Assembly (NCBI GenBank): GCA_003598175.1
Contig: QZKN01000097.1
Span: 23,861 to 87,860 of the forward strand
Direction of reading: 5' to 3'
DNA: 64,000 nucleotides
DNA from: Candidatus Omnitrophota bacterium
Lineage (GTDB): Bacteria > Hinthialibacterota > Hinthialibacteria > Hinthialibacterales > Hinthialibacteraceae
Below, in pieces: positions 38,083 through 47,485 of the stretch. The position numbers were made by a program, and so were the translations under genes. The notes beneath the pieces were generated by a model that did no database searches, was not told where the DNA came from, and worked only from the letters and a program-made list of their open reading frames with translations. Every line of letters starts with the position of its first letter. Within the stretch, counting starts at the first letter, position 1.

Positions 38083-39540
38083 TTATTGGCCTGGCCGGAA
38101 AGATTGCGTCTGCGTTGACGTGTTCGTCATGGTGCGATTCCCAAGGGTGGAGGTATTTTGATTGGTGGTGGTTCTTGCCGTGCTTGCGGATGTTTGATTT
38201 TCGAAAATGCCGCGCAGAATCTGTTCTACATTTTGCACGTCGGCGTATTCCAGCTTATAGACATACACTTTTTGCTTTTTTGCCGGATTGGCGTCGAGCA
38301 TTTGAATCATAGCTGCGATCTGCGACATGGTCTCGCTGGCGGCGAAGACGACGAGTGAATCGGTTCTCGGATCGGCGATGGCGCGAACGGTGGTTTGTTG
38401 CAATTTCCAATCGCTGGTTTGTTGTTGGGTGTTGGCGCGAGTCGTTCCACCCATTCCTCCCGGTCCTCCCATAAATCCACCTCTGCCTCCGAATTGGGGA
38501 GCGAACTGGTTGCTTGTTGCCGTGGATTGGTCGGGAAACAATTCGGTGATCAATTCCGCCATTTCCGTGGCGTCGGCATATTGCAGATGGAAAACGCGGA
38601 TTTCGGTGACGTCTTCCACGCTGATATCCACTTCCTTCACCAGTATTTCTATGGTTGGCATCAATTCTTCGGACGCGGTGACGATGAGAGAATTGGTTTG
38701 TTCGTCGGCGACGGCGACTACGCGCGAGGCGGCTTTCAGCGCGTCGCTTTCCTCTTCCTGGTTACCGCCGGGACGTTGTTGTCCCCCTCTGTCGCCGAAT
38801 CCCGGAAAACGACCGGCAAATCCGCCGCGTTGATTTCTGGCATTGCTGTTACTGTCGGTTTGAAACAATTGGGTGATCACTTGCGCCAATTCGCTCGCAT
38901 CGGAGTATTGCAACCGAAACACGCGGATGGAGGCGATGCTGGAAATGGAGGTGTCCAGCGCGCGAATGATTTCGGTCATGCGGCGGATATTTTTTTGTGT
39001 GTCCACGAGCACGATGGCGTTGCTGCTTTCATTGGCGGACATGGTCGCGTATGTCGGAAGCAACGGCTGCAGATTGTTGATCAGTTGCACCGCGTTCGTA
39101 TAGCGGACGGGAATGATCTGCGTAACCATTTCATCCGTTTTGGGAATCCTATTCGGATCGTTGCCCGTTTTCACGGGGAGATCCCGCAGGCGGGCGTCGT
39201 CCCGCCGCACGATGGTCAACGTGCGCTCATTGCGAATGGCGGCATAGCCTTTTTCATGCAGGATGGTGTTGAGTAGATTGACCGCCTCTTCCTTGCTCAA
39301 CGGTTGATGGCTCCATACATCCACGCGGCCATCCACGTTGGTATCCATCACAATGATGAATCCCGCCGCTTCACTTAAATAATCGAGAACGGTTTGCAGC
39401 GGCACGCCGCGAAAATTCAACCGAATCGTTTGCCCATTGTCGTTCCCTGGATTTTGCGCATGCAATGCCGGAGAAGAGAAGCAGCACAACGCCGCGATTA
39501 CGATACAGCCTACTGATTTGAGAAACATTTGGATTTTCAT
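38083..39540 (-). CDS. Secretin N-terminal domains only (N0 + N-repeats), no barrel
   Basis: Signal peptide; IRLNFRGVPLQTVLDYL (N0); repeats IIPVRYTNA, VFRLQYSDA, VFHLQYADA, VYKLEYADV; ends in a Thr/Gln-rich tail. Confidence 0.88.
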   Translation of the reverse strand: MKIQMFLKSVGCIVIAALCCFSSPALHAQNPGNDNGQTIRLNFRGVPLQTVLDYLSEAAGFIIVMDTNVDGRVDVWSHQPLSKEEAVNLLNTILHEKGYAAIRNERTLTIVRRDDARLRDLPVKTGNDPNRIPKTDEMVTQIIPVRYTNAVQLINNLQPLLPTYATMSANESSNAIVLVDTQKNIRRMTEIIRALDTSISSIASIRVFRLQYSDASELAQVITQLFQTDSNSNARNQRGGFAGRFPGFGDRGGQQRPGGNQEEESDALKAASRVVAVADEQTNSLIVTASEELMPTIEILVKEVDISVEDVTEIRVFHLQYADATEMAELITELFPDQSTATSNQFAPQFGGRGGFMGGPGGMGGTTRANTQQQTSDWKLQQTTVRAIADPRTDSLVVFAASETMSQIAAMIQMLDANPAKKQKVYVYKLEYADVQNVEQILRGIFENQTSASTARTTTNQNTSTLGNRTMTNTSTQTQSFRPGQ

Positions 39541-40142
39541 TTTTGCATCTCCTGTCTGCGTCTTTCCATCATCTTTTTGAGAAGATCACTGCTCGATTCG
39601 CCGGGCGCATCGGTTTTTTCCGTTTCGGTGGTCGAAACGGGACTCAATCGATCACCGCCGGACGTTCGACGTTCCCGTGTTTCTCTTCTCGAAGCGCCCG
39701 ATGCGGACGCGAGTTGCCATTCTCCCTGATCCTGCCGGCGCAATGCCATCCCCACCGATAGCGTCAACGGTTGCCCGTTCACCTGCAACTTGATATTGCT
39801 CGTACCGATTTCGACGATCTCGTGATCGGCGATGGTTTCGCCCAATTTGCAAACGGCGTCATATCCGGAATGAGTGCCTTCGAAAAAGGCATAAACCGTC
39901 GCATCCGCAATCATCGTTCCGATTAAACTGAATTCCTCGATAACCGGCGTTGGTTCGACGCGGGGTTGGACGGTTATTTTTTTTCGCCGGTCGGGATTGA
40001 AAATATTGCGTTCGACAAGAATCCGGAATTGCTCGTAACTCCATTTGCCGCTGGAATCCTGATTCTCCGCGGCCACATAAGCAGGCTGGAGGAGGCAAAT
40101 AAGTACGGCCGCGATAAAAGCATTGTATACGTTCGTGTTCAT
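39537..40142 (-). CDS. GspC-like T2SS accessory protein
   Basis: ERNIFNPDR, FSLIGTM..YAFF, GETIA HR-like domain, C-terminal LLKKMMERRRQE; position before the secretin genes. Confidence 0.6.
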   Translation of the reverse strand: MNTNVYNAFIAAVLICLLQPAYVAAENQDSSGKWSYEQFRILVERNIFNPDRRKKITVQPRVEPTPVIEEFSLIGTMIADATVYAFFEGTHSGYDAVCKLGETIADHEIVEIGTSNIKLQVNGQPLTLSVGMALRRQDQGEWQLASASGASRRETRERRTSGGDRLSPVSTTETEKTDAPGESSSDLLKKMMERRRQEMQK

Positions 40143-40170
40143 GATGCAATCTTCACTTTGCTATGGTTTC

Positions 40171-40701
40171 CTAGTTCGTGTCCGCCAGGATGAGTCCGCT
40201 GAAGCGGACGCCAAGCGACAAGCTCTCCCCTTTATCATCGCGCGCTGAGATTTCGATGTTTTCCACTTTCAGCGCCAACGAATCCCGTTCGATTTCATAG
40301 AGAAAACGGGAAAGAGCGGAGATGTCGCCTTGAGCGATAACCTGGCATTCCAACGTTGAATAATTCGGATCGTTTTGTTTCCAATCCGGTTTGAATGAAC
40401 TTCGTTGAATACGGCTTTCCTGAACCCAACGCTCCACCGCCGTCAGGATTTGATTTTCCGCGACGGGCCGATCGGCCGGCAATGCCTCTGCTTTCATTTG
40501 TTGCCAGCGCTGCCGCAAATTCGCCTCCCGTTCGAGAAGCAATTCGCCTTTGTTGACATTATTTTCCAATTCCTCGATTTTTTGCGCCCGCTCCCGCCAC
40601 AGATTCGTGAGAGGAGTCAAAACCAGTTTGTCTCCGGCAAGAGCACAAATACAAATGATGGCGGCAAGAGTTAAATATCGTTCACGATGTTTCTTATCCA
40701 T
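40171..40701 (-). CDS. GspM/PilO-like inner-membrane platform protein
   Basis: RERYL + TM + coiled coil + GDISALSRFLYEIE ferredoxin-like domain. Confidence 0.7.
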   Translation of the reverse strand: MDKKHRERYLTLAAIICICALAGDKLVLTPLTNLWRERAQKIEELENNVNKGELLLEREANLRQRWQQMKAEALPADRPVAENQILTAVERWVQESRIQRSSFKPDWKQNDPNYSTLECQVIAQGDISALSRFLYEIERDSLALKVENIEISARDDKGESLSLGVRFSGLILADTN

Positions 40702-41233
40702 TTTCGTCTTCCTTCACCTCCGAATTGACGGACGCGAACTGTGAAGTATTCATGTCTCGCAACAGGTGAACCACCAATTTCTCTTTTATTTTTGATAATT
40801 TCACGATTTTCAATAACGGCAGCCATTCCTGAAAACCATTCATGGATTTGACCGGCTCCTGAAATTCCGTCGGCGCGTTCCAGGCAAACGGTTCATGCGA
40901 ACACGATTCGGAGCCGATATGCGTAATGATGACTTTCCGCAGGGGATCGTCATGCCAGATATTCATTCGTCGAATGTTGATTCGCAGGAATTCCAATTCG
41001 TTTACTTTCGGTTCCATATGATCCCAGTGGGACTGAAGAATCGACAATTGTCGGGATTGATACAGGAACATGCCTCCGCCGATCAGAATGAGCAAGCTGA
41101 TGAGGCCGAAAACCATCGCCGTTCCTTGCTCCGTCAACCGGTCGATCCATTTCTCCACTCTCTCCTCAATCAAAATCGAGAGGCAGAAAAGAGAGACCAA
41201 CATCATAAAACAATCATCCTGCCTGACTTTCAT
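40694..41233 (-). CDS. Diverged partial duplicate of the GspL TM/coiled-coil segment
   Basis: MFLYQSRQLSILQSHWDHMEPKVNELE..NIWHDD aligns with GspL MFIYQHVKLTRLETRWSQMEIKVAEIE..RPWFDE; overlaps both neighbours. Confidence 0.55.
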   Translation of the reverse strand: MKVRQDDCFMMLVSLFCLSILIEERVEKWIDRLTEQGTAMVFGLISLLILIGGGMFLYQSRQLSILQSHWDHMEPKVNELEFLRINIRRMNIWHDDPLRKVIITHIGSESCSHEPFAWNAPTEFQEPVKSMNGFQEWLPLLKIVKLSKIKEKLVVHLLRDMNTSQFASVNSEVKEDENG

Positions 41234-42653
41234 CGAACGCTCCCTCTTTCCACATGAAATTCAAGGAAAACTGCATCGGCGTTTCTCCCTGCGTTTGCTG
41301 CACCCGCAAATCGAATACCTGCGGATCTTCCTGCAGCAAATTGAACATGGTCAGCCAATCCCGATTGTTGCGCGCAAAGCCGGAGCAGGAAACTCGAGAC
41401 AAATCTCGAATTTCCACCATTTTCACCCAAACCGTTCCTTCTTCCGGAAACGTCTGCGTCAGAGTACGTAAAATGGACAAACCGGGAACGGATTCGTCAA
41501 ACCAGGGACGAAAATTTTTGACTTTTTGCTGAATCGTTTCAATTTCCGCAACTTTTATTTCCATCTGACTCCAACGCGTTTCGAGTCGAGTGAGTTTGAC
41601 ATGCTGATAGATGAACATGGCGATGATGAAGCACGCAGCCAAAACGGCCGACGCGCCGATCCACAGGTTGCCGCGAGAAGACATTCGCATAACCAGCTGC
41701 TTCAACGGATTGACCTGGGGCGGGAGAAATTCCAAAACAGAGGCATTGTCCGTCAGAAATCGTGCCAGAGCCGCTTGAAACGGCAGGGATTCATCTTGAA
41801 TTCCGTTCCAGGAAATGGACGGGATTCTCAACGTATCGCTTCCGGCAGAGAGAGACAATCCCATCCGTTCGATGGCCGGACGCAATCCATCGCAGATCTC
41901 CCGTTTCCAATCATTCGGCGCCAAAACATGTAAGTCGTGAATGGTATTCCGAAGATCGCTATTCAGTTGGCCCAGCGTGATTCTCACTTCGCGAATAACC
42001 GAGTCCACGTCGAAGTTGTTTTCGTATAACTCGCCGCGGATCCCGCTTTGCAATCGCCTTATTGCAACGATGCCTCCTCCGGCCATGACACAAAGGTCGG
42101 TTCCGCTTTCGCACACCTGCAGCACGACTTTTCCGTCGGATCGCCCGTCCTGCAAAGCGGTAATCCCGACGGTTATGCTGATCGGACGAAGTTTCGCCGC
42201 TTTCAACGCATTGGTAAGATGCCGCAATTGATGCGTGGGAATTGCGGCCAGCGTGGCGTTCTGCCTTCCATTCGGAATTTGAAAACATGACATCGACAGA
42301 GAAAGATCGTCGGGGGAAAAGGGAAAGCCGCGTTCCGCTTGTAGTTGAATATAATTTTTCCGATCTTCATCGGAAAGTTGCGGCAACTCGATTTGTTGCG
42401 TCAAAACCCATTTCAACGGAACACAAACAACGCAGCGGTTTTCTCGAATGCCGGCTTCCTCCAACAGATTTAGGATTTCCCGCCCCACCAATTCGGATTC
42501 GTGAGTCAATGGATCGAGCGCCAGTTTCTTCCGGATCGATTTCTCGACGCGCGCACCGCTGTCGTTCCGGCGCATGAGAATGGCGTAGATTAACCCGTCG
42601 TCCAAACCGATTCCCAGAATGGACTTGTATTTTTTTTTCTTTGTCGGACTCAC
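41214..42653 (-). CDS. GspL-like (PilM/PilN-type) platform protein
   Basis: GTGA overlap with gspK; actin-like N-domain (ILGIGLD), TM, periplasmic FPEEGTVWV PilN-like domain. Confidence 0.75.
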   Translation of the reverse strand: MSPTKKKKYKSILGIGLDDGLIYAILMRRNDSGARVEKSIRKKLALDPLTHESELVGREILNLLEEAGIRENRCVVCVPLKWVLTQQIELPQLSDEDRKNYIQLQAERGFPFSPDDLSLSMSCFQIPNGRQNATLAAIPTHQLRHLTNALKAAKLRPISITVGITALQDGRSDGKVVLQVCESGTDLCVMAGGGIVAIRRLQSGIRGELYENNFDVDSVIREVRITLGQLNSDLRNTIHDLHVLAPNDWKREICDGLRPAIERMGLSLSAGSDTLRIPSISWNGIQDESLPFQAALARFLTDNASVLEFLPPQVNPLKQLVMRMSSRGNLWIGASAVLAACFIIAMFIYQHVKLTRLETRWSQMEIKVAEIETIQQKVKNFRPWFDESVPGLSILRTLTQTFPEEGTVWVKMVEIRDLSRVSCSGFARNNRDWLTMFNLLQEDPQVFDLRVQQTQGETPMQFSLNFMWKEGAFDESQAG

Positions 42654-43981
42654 TTTCCTTGCTCCCTTACTAACGCCAATTGGTTGCGTATCTCTCTTCC
42701 AAGCGCCCATCCCCATCCACTCAAATCCCTGCGATAGCGTATTTCCGGCGACTCGCCGCTCACGTCAATCAGAAATTGAGTGCGGCGGTATCCTTTATCG
42801 TTCCGTCCGACGGCAATAATGTCGGCGGTGAGTCGGTAGGTGTTCGCGGTAATGTAGGGTCCGGCTTCGATCGCGCCGTCTTCATCCAATACTTCGGACA
42901 ACCATGCCACGCTGTCCAGGTCATCAGAATGCGATTGGCGATAGGAAACCACCTGCGAAGCCTTATTGCTTCCGATTCCCGGCAGACAGGCAAGAACCTC
43001 TACGCCGGCGGTATTGATATTAACCAAACCTTCGATGGAACTCTCTTCCGAAACCGTGAGCTGGTCATCGATTTGAGCAAATTCCTCAAGGGTCATCCCG
43101 CTGCGAATGAAATATTCCAAAAGGCTGCCGTACTCGCTGGTTCCGGAGGTGTTTTGTTCGATCTGACTTGCCCGATCCTCTTCGAACGTATCCTGCAACA
43201 GCTGCGTCAATTCCTCGCTGTCCTCGCTGTTGATATTGATTTTGTCCGCGGTGGATTCCCGACTGTAAACCGTTACGTATTCGAGAATTCCCGGCTCCAA
43301 TCGCCCGTTTTGATTGTCCGCCGGAGGAGAAACGTTACCATCGTTTTCATTCGGATCTAAAACACCGTTGAGATTGGCGTCTTCGCCATACAGGACATCC
43401 CAGTCCGCGCCGAAAAGCAAATGCAGTTCGGCGATGGATTCAAACGGGGCGTTTTTGCATTCGTAGCCGGGATTGCGCGCCATATAGGCTTGCGATTCGG
43501 CGCCGTTCGATGAGACCTCGTCATCTTCATCCCGCCAATCGATGATGGCCGCGGCCAATTCGGAAGTCATTCCCGGCGCCATTTCCAGCATTTCGAGAGT
43601 GGCTGTGTTCAAATTCAATTTCGACGCTTCATCGATCAGGCCGAACACCGGCCGCTCGTCGGCAACATCCAAATCCCCACGGCCGATCAGCCAGAAGAGC
43701 GCATCGCCGACGATCACGGCTTCGGATTCGTAGGAATCACTGGCGGGCATGACTCCCGGCTCTTCCGCATTGGCGAGAATATACATGACATAGCGGACAG
43801 CCCCCTCCATCGCCTGTTCCGCCTGTGTTTGCGCGACCATATTCTCGGCGGCGCGATACTCAAGCATCATGGATCGACCAAATAATAATGCCACACTCAC
43901 CAATCCCGCCGAAATCCATAACACGATGATCAGGATGGATCCACGCAACGAATCGCATAGAGAAATGTGCTTTTTCATCAT
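42650..43981 (-). CDS. gspK: T2SS minor pseudopilin K
   Basis: G|SILIIVLW, DEASKLNLNTA, AAIIDWRDED, PFESIAEL, VNINTA HhH. Confidence 0.9.
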   Translation of the reverse strand: MMKKHISLCDSLRGSILIIVLWISAGLVSVALLFGRSMMLEYRAAENMVAQTQAEQAMEGAVRYVMYILANAEEPGVMPASDSYESEAVIVGDALFWLIGRGDLDVADERPVFGLIDEASKLNLNTATLEMLEMAPGMTSELAAAIIDWRDEDDEVSSNGAESQAYMARNPGYECKNAPFESIAELHLLFGADWDVLYGEDANLNGVLDPNENDGNVSPPADNQNGRLEPGILEYVTVYSRESTADKININSEDSEELTQLLQDTFEEDRASQIEQNTSGTSEYGSLLEYFIRSGMTLEEFAQIDDQLTVSEESSIEGLVNINTAGVEVLACLPGIGSNKASQVVSYRQSHSDDLDSVAWLSEVLDEDGAIEAGPYITANTYRLTADIIAVGRNDKGYRRTQFLIDVSGESPEIRYRRDLSGWGWALGREIRNQLALVREQGK

Positions 43982-44826
43982 GGCGCTCTGCCTCCTCCGC
44001 CGGTATCGGTTCTCTGTTGATTCGATTGCGTTTGATTGCCTCCCGTTTGTGATTGATTTCCGCCCGGTTGTGATTCGTTTGATTCATCCGTTTCCGTGGT
44101 TTCTTCGGTTTCCGAATCCGCGGTTTCTTCCTCTTCCGCTGCCGCAACGGCGACAATCGGAGCCATCATCTCCATGGAAAAAATGTTCCCTTCGATTTCC
44201 CCGCCGGTTGTATTGTCCTGTGTATAGGGAAGGAAACGAATCAACGCATGAATCGCCAGCGGCATGGGTGGATCCTGGCTGGTGGAATCCCACGAATCCA
44301 ACCAGTTTTGGCCGTCGTAATACGTGAATTCCAGCGATTGCACATCATCCAGCAAGACTTGCTCTTCCTCCACCTCTTCCACGGTGGACAACAAATTACG
44401 GATGAGGCTTCGGATCAGGAAATAACCGCCGCGACGGTCCCGGGAATTGGATTCGTATAATGCATATTCCACCTTTTGAATATCGCCGAAGGGGGAATCC
44501 TCACGCAGAACGCCGGTCGAGGTGTACAATTCCAATCGATCCCGACGTTGATTGATTCCGCCTTCGTTTTCCCCGATCAGGGGACCGGCCAGAATCTCGC
44601 CCGTCGGAACGGCGTTGCGGAAATCCCGTTTCATGATCGACAGAGCATATAATTTCGGATTTCTCCGTTCGATATGACGTTCATTGTTTTCGCGGAGTCG
44701 CAGTGATCCATATAACACAGAGTTGATCGCCGCGAGGATCACGGAAAACATGGCGATGGATACCAATAATTCCAACAGTGTGAAAGCGCCGCGCCGTTCA
44801 TATGAATCATACCGACGAACGTTCAT
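43978..44826 (-). CDS. gspJ: T2SS minor pseudopilin J
   Basis: A|FTLLELLVSI prepilin motif; LEFTYYDGQNWLDSWDS..PLAI. Confidence 0.85.
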   Translation of the reverse strand: MNVRRYDSYERRGAFTLLELLVSIAMFSVILAAINSVLYGSLRLRENNERHIERRNPKLYALSIMKRDFRNAVPTGEILAGPLIGENEGGINQRRDRLELYTSTGVLREDSPFGDIQKVEYALYESNSRDRRGGYFLIRSLIRNLLSTVEEVEEEQVLLDDVQSLEFTYYDGQNWLDSWDSTSQDPPMPLAIHALIRFLPYTQDNTTGGEIEGNIFSMEMMAPIVAVAAAEEEETADSETEETTETDESNESQPGGNQSQTGGNQTQSNQQRTDTGGGGRAP

Positions 44827-45254
44827 GAGGTTTCAGACTCCTCGACCAGCGTACTCAAGAGGACATGATACTCATGCTCTTGCACCTTGAACCAAACCAC
44901 GACGGTCAACATCTGCATATCGTCGTAGGGCCAGGTTTCCTCGATAAATTCCCAGCGATATTCCGGCCATTCCTCGCCGAAATCTCCACGGGTACTGCAC
45001 GAACTCCAACTCTCGTTGAGAATCATTTCGTCGAGAAAGCGTTCCGCCAACTGCACCGCCACGATTTTACGGTCGGCAATGACGCCCGCGCGATTCGCGA
45101 TGGCGATGCCGTGCAAGGCGACCGGTATCACGAGCGCCACAAACAACATGGCCGCCAGCGTTTCCGCGAACGTGAAGCCGCTTTCCCGATTCGGCTTACC
45201 GCCCGGAGAGACGCCGATTGCGTAAAAATGAGGAATTGATTTCTCGCTGCTCAT
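44823..45254 (-). CDS. gspI: T2SS minor pseudopilin I
   Basis: G|FTFAETLAAMLFV prepilin motif; gene order H-I-J-K. Confidence 0.75.
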   Translation of the reverse strand: MSSEKSIPHFYAIGVSPGGKPNRESGFTFAETLAAMLFVALVIPVALHGIAIANRAGVIADRKIVAVQLAERFLDEMILNESWSSCSTRGDFGEEWPEYRWEFIEETWPYDDMQMLTVVVWFKVQEHEYHVLLSTLVEESETS

Positions 45255-45804
45255 ATTCCTTTTCCGTCAGAATTTCATAACCGACGAGGAATTCTTTCTG
45301 CGTTACGAAGAGAGAATCCTCCTCATCGTCCTCTTTGTTTCTTCCCATGCGCACAGTGATCAGGCTGGTTTCGTCCTGTGAACCATCCGGCCAATAGCGA
45401 ATATAACCAATACCGTTTTTAAACAGAGAGGATTCCTGTTGAAGCATTTCGATTTTCAAATCCTCATCGATTTCAAACACGAGAATCGGTTCACTTTCGA
45501 TTTCGTAACCGGTCATCGGCCCAAGTTCGTAGAATGTATTCTTGAAGTCGATCCGTAATTCCATCGGAACCGCCAACGAAACCGCCTGGCTTTGCGTATA
45601 GCGAATGCTGTTCAGCATTCTACGCGCTTCTTCCTGCAACGAACGCCCATGAATGAATCGGGATAATGACGGAGCGGTAATCGCGAGAACGGCGGACAGC
45701 AGGGCCATGACCACGATCAGCTCGATCAGCGTGAATCCGCGACTCGAGAACGTCCCTTTTCCATTATTTCCTGCTTCTATCCGTACTCCAATTGGTAATA
45801 TCAT
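45196..45804 (-). CDS. gspH: T2SS minor pseudopilin H (FimT-like); start uncertain
   Basis: G|FTLIELIVVMALL..APSL; gene order. Confidence 0.8.
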   Translation of the reverse strand: MILPIGVRIEAGNNGKGTFSSRGFTLIELIVVMALLSAVLAITAPSLSRFIHGRSLQEEARRMLNSIRYTQSQAVSLAVPMELRIDFKNTFYELGPMTGYEIESEPILVFEIDEDLKIEMLQQESSLFKNGIGYIRYWPDGSQDETSLITVRMGRNKEDDEEDSLFVTQKEFLVGYEILTEKEYEQREINSSFLRNRRLSGR

Positions 45805-46225
45805 CGTCGCCGCCTACTCGGCCGTCCGGCCCCATCGACATCAGGTCGTACCCTTTTTGATTGTGTTTGCCGGGATACTCATAAATGTACTCGTTGCCCC
45901 ACGGATCGAGCGGAATATCCTGCTTCAAATAGGGGCCGCGCCAATCCTTGGCGTAGCTGGGCTCCTGCACCAAATCCTCCAGACCGTTGCTGCCTTTGGG
46001 ATAAAAGCCGTTATCCACTTCGAACGCGTCCAGCACAATCTCGAAATTGGCGATTTGCGCCTGGGCGGCGGTGACTCTCGCCTGTTCCGAGCGCCCTGCG
46101 AATTTCGGGACGACAATGGCCGCCAGAGTAGCCAGAATAACGAGCACCAGCAGCATTTCGACCAACGTGAATCCGCTTTGGTTGGCGGAGCGAGATATCG
46201 TTGTTTCCGATCGTTTTAATGGCAT
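45764..46225 (-). CDS. gspG: T2SS major pseudopilin
   Basis: GGAGG SD; G|FTLVEMLLVLVIL, WRGPYL, DPWGNEYIY, SMGPDGRVGGDDDITNW. Confidence 0.95.
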   Translation of the reverse strand: MPLKRSETTISRSANQSGFTLVEMLLVLVILATLAAIVVPKFAGRSEQARVTAAQAQIANFEIVLDAFEVDNGFYPKGSNGLEDLVQEPSYAKDWRGPYLKQDIPLDPWGNEYIYEYPGKHNQKGYDLMSMGPDGRVGGDDDITNWSTDRSRK

Positions 46226-46243
46226 GATTCGACCTCCCATTTT

Positions 46244-47470
46244 TTATTTGATGTAATCCTGTATCGTGAAAATCGGAATTACCATTCCTATGAAAATTGT
46301 ACCAATGAGTCCGGCGATGAGAAACAGCATCAACGGTTCGGCCAAAGCCACCGCGGTTTTCAGTTGCCGATCCAGATCCTCTTCCGTCACGTTCGCAATG
46401 CGCACCAATTCCTGATCCAGCCGTCCGGTCTCCTCCGCCACGGAAATCATTTCCAGCACCGAACTCGCAAACAGTTGCCGGCAATCGGACAGACTGCTTC
46501 CCAATTGATCGCCTTTTTTGACTCGTTCGATCGATTCCGAGACGGCGTCGACCAGAATCTGGTTGTTGATCGATCGACGGGCAACGTTCAATCCTTGGAT
46601 CAAGGGAACGCCCGCGCCGAGCAGCGTCCCCAACATGCGGCAAAAACGCGCCATGGCAAAGCGAGCGGTGAGAGGACCGATAACCGGCACTTGTAACATG
46701 GCGTTCTCCCATTTTCGTTTGCCCTGCTCGGTTTTCAACCAATTCTGCGCCATATAACCGATCACCGCGAATCCGATTGCCGCGAACACGCCGTAATCCC
46801 GAACGATTTCGCTGGCGCCGACGATCAATCGCGTGATCAACGGAAGCGCCGCGCCGAATCCCGCAAAGATAAGTTGGAAGCGCGGAATGAAAAAAACCAG
46901 CAAAAAAATGAGAACGGAAATGGCCAGTACCAACAAGACGGTCGGATAAATCAGAGCCGCGAAAACTTTCGAGCGCAAATCCTTTTCACGTACCTGGAAA
47001 TCGGCGATTTGTCCGAGCACCAAATCCAAAAAACCGCCGGTTTCTCCCGCCTGCACCATCGCCACATAGACGCGCGGAAACGTTTCCGGAAACTGCGCCA
47101 TGGCGTCGGCCAATGGCATCCCGTCGATGACCAAATCATGGACTTCCTTCCATTTTTCGGCAGACGTCGGATTGGACGCCTCGCGATGGAGAATGACTAA
47201 CGCGCGGCTAAGAGGGACTCCCGCGGCCAGAAGATTTGCCAACAGGCGGGTGAAGTTTTCAAGATCGCGAAACGAAACCTTTTTGGATTTCCACCGGAAA
47301 TCAAATCCGCTCTTGGTCTCACTTTTTTCGTTACTCTGCTCCGCAATGTTGACCGGCGTCCATCCGCGAGCCTGCAGCCGGCTGTAGGCGTCCTGGCGGC
47401 CTTGCGCTTCGATGCTGCCTTCGGCCGTCGAGCCGTCGGCTTGAATTACGCGATATCGATACAGGGACAT
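46244..47470 (-). CDS. gspF: T2SS inner-membrane platform protein F
   Basis: FTRLLANLLAAGVPL, AGETGGFL, ALIYP, AEETGRL, LAEPLM. Confidence 0.95.
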   Translation of the reverse strand: MSLYRYRVIQADGSTAEGSIEAQGRQDAYSRLQARGWTPVNIAEQSNEKSETKSGFDFRWKSKKVSFRDLENFTRLLANLLAAGVPLSRALVILHREASNPTSAEKWKEVHDLVIDGMPLADAMAQFPETFPRVYVAMVQAGETGGFLDLVLGQIADFQVREKDLRSKVFAALIYPTVLLVLAISVLIFLLVFFIPRFQLIFAGFGAALPLITRLIVGASEIVRDYGVFAAIGFAVIGYMAQNWLKTEQGKRKWENAMLQVPVIGPLTARFAMARFCRMLGTLLGAGVPLIQGLNVARRSINNQILVDAVSESIERVKKGDQLGSSLSDCRQLFASSVLEMISVAEETGRLDQELVRIANVTEEDLDRQLKTAVALAEPLMLFLIAGLIGTIFIGMVIPIFTIQDYIK

Positions 47471-47485
47471 TATTCATTCTCGTCT

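Noticed and set aside
38062..38085. Sequencing error or stop readthrough splitting gspD
   Set aside because: Two in-frame TAA codons plus a separate SD and signal peptide favour two genuine genes
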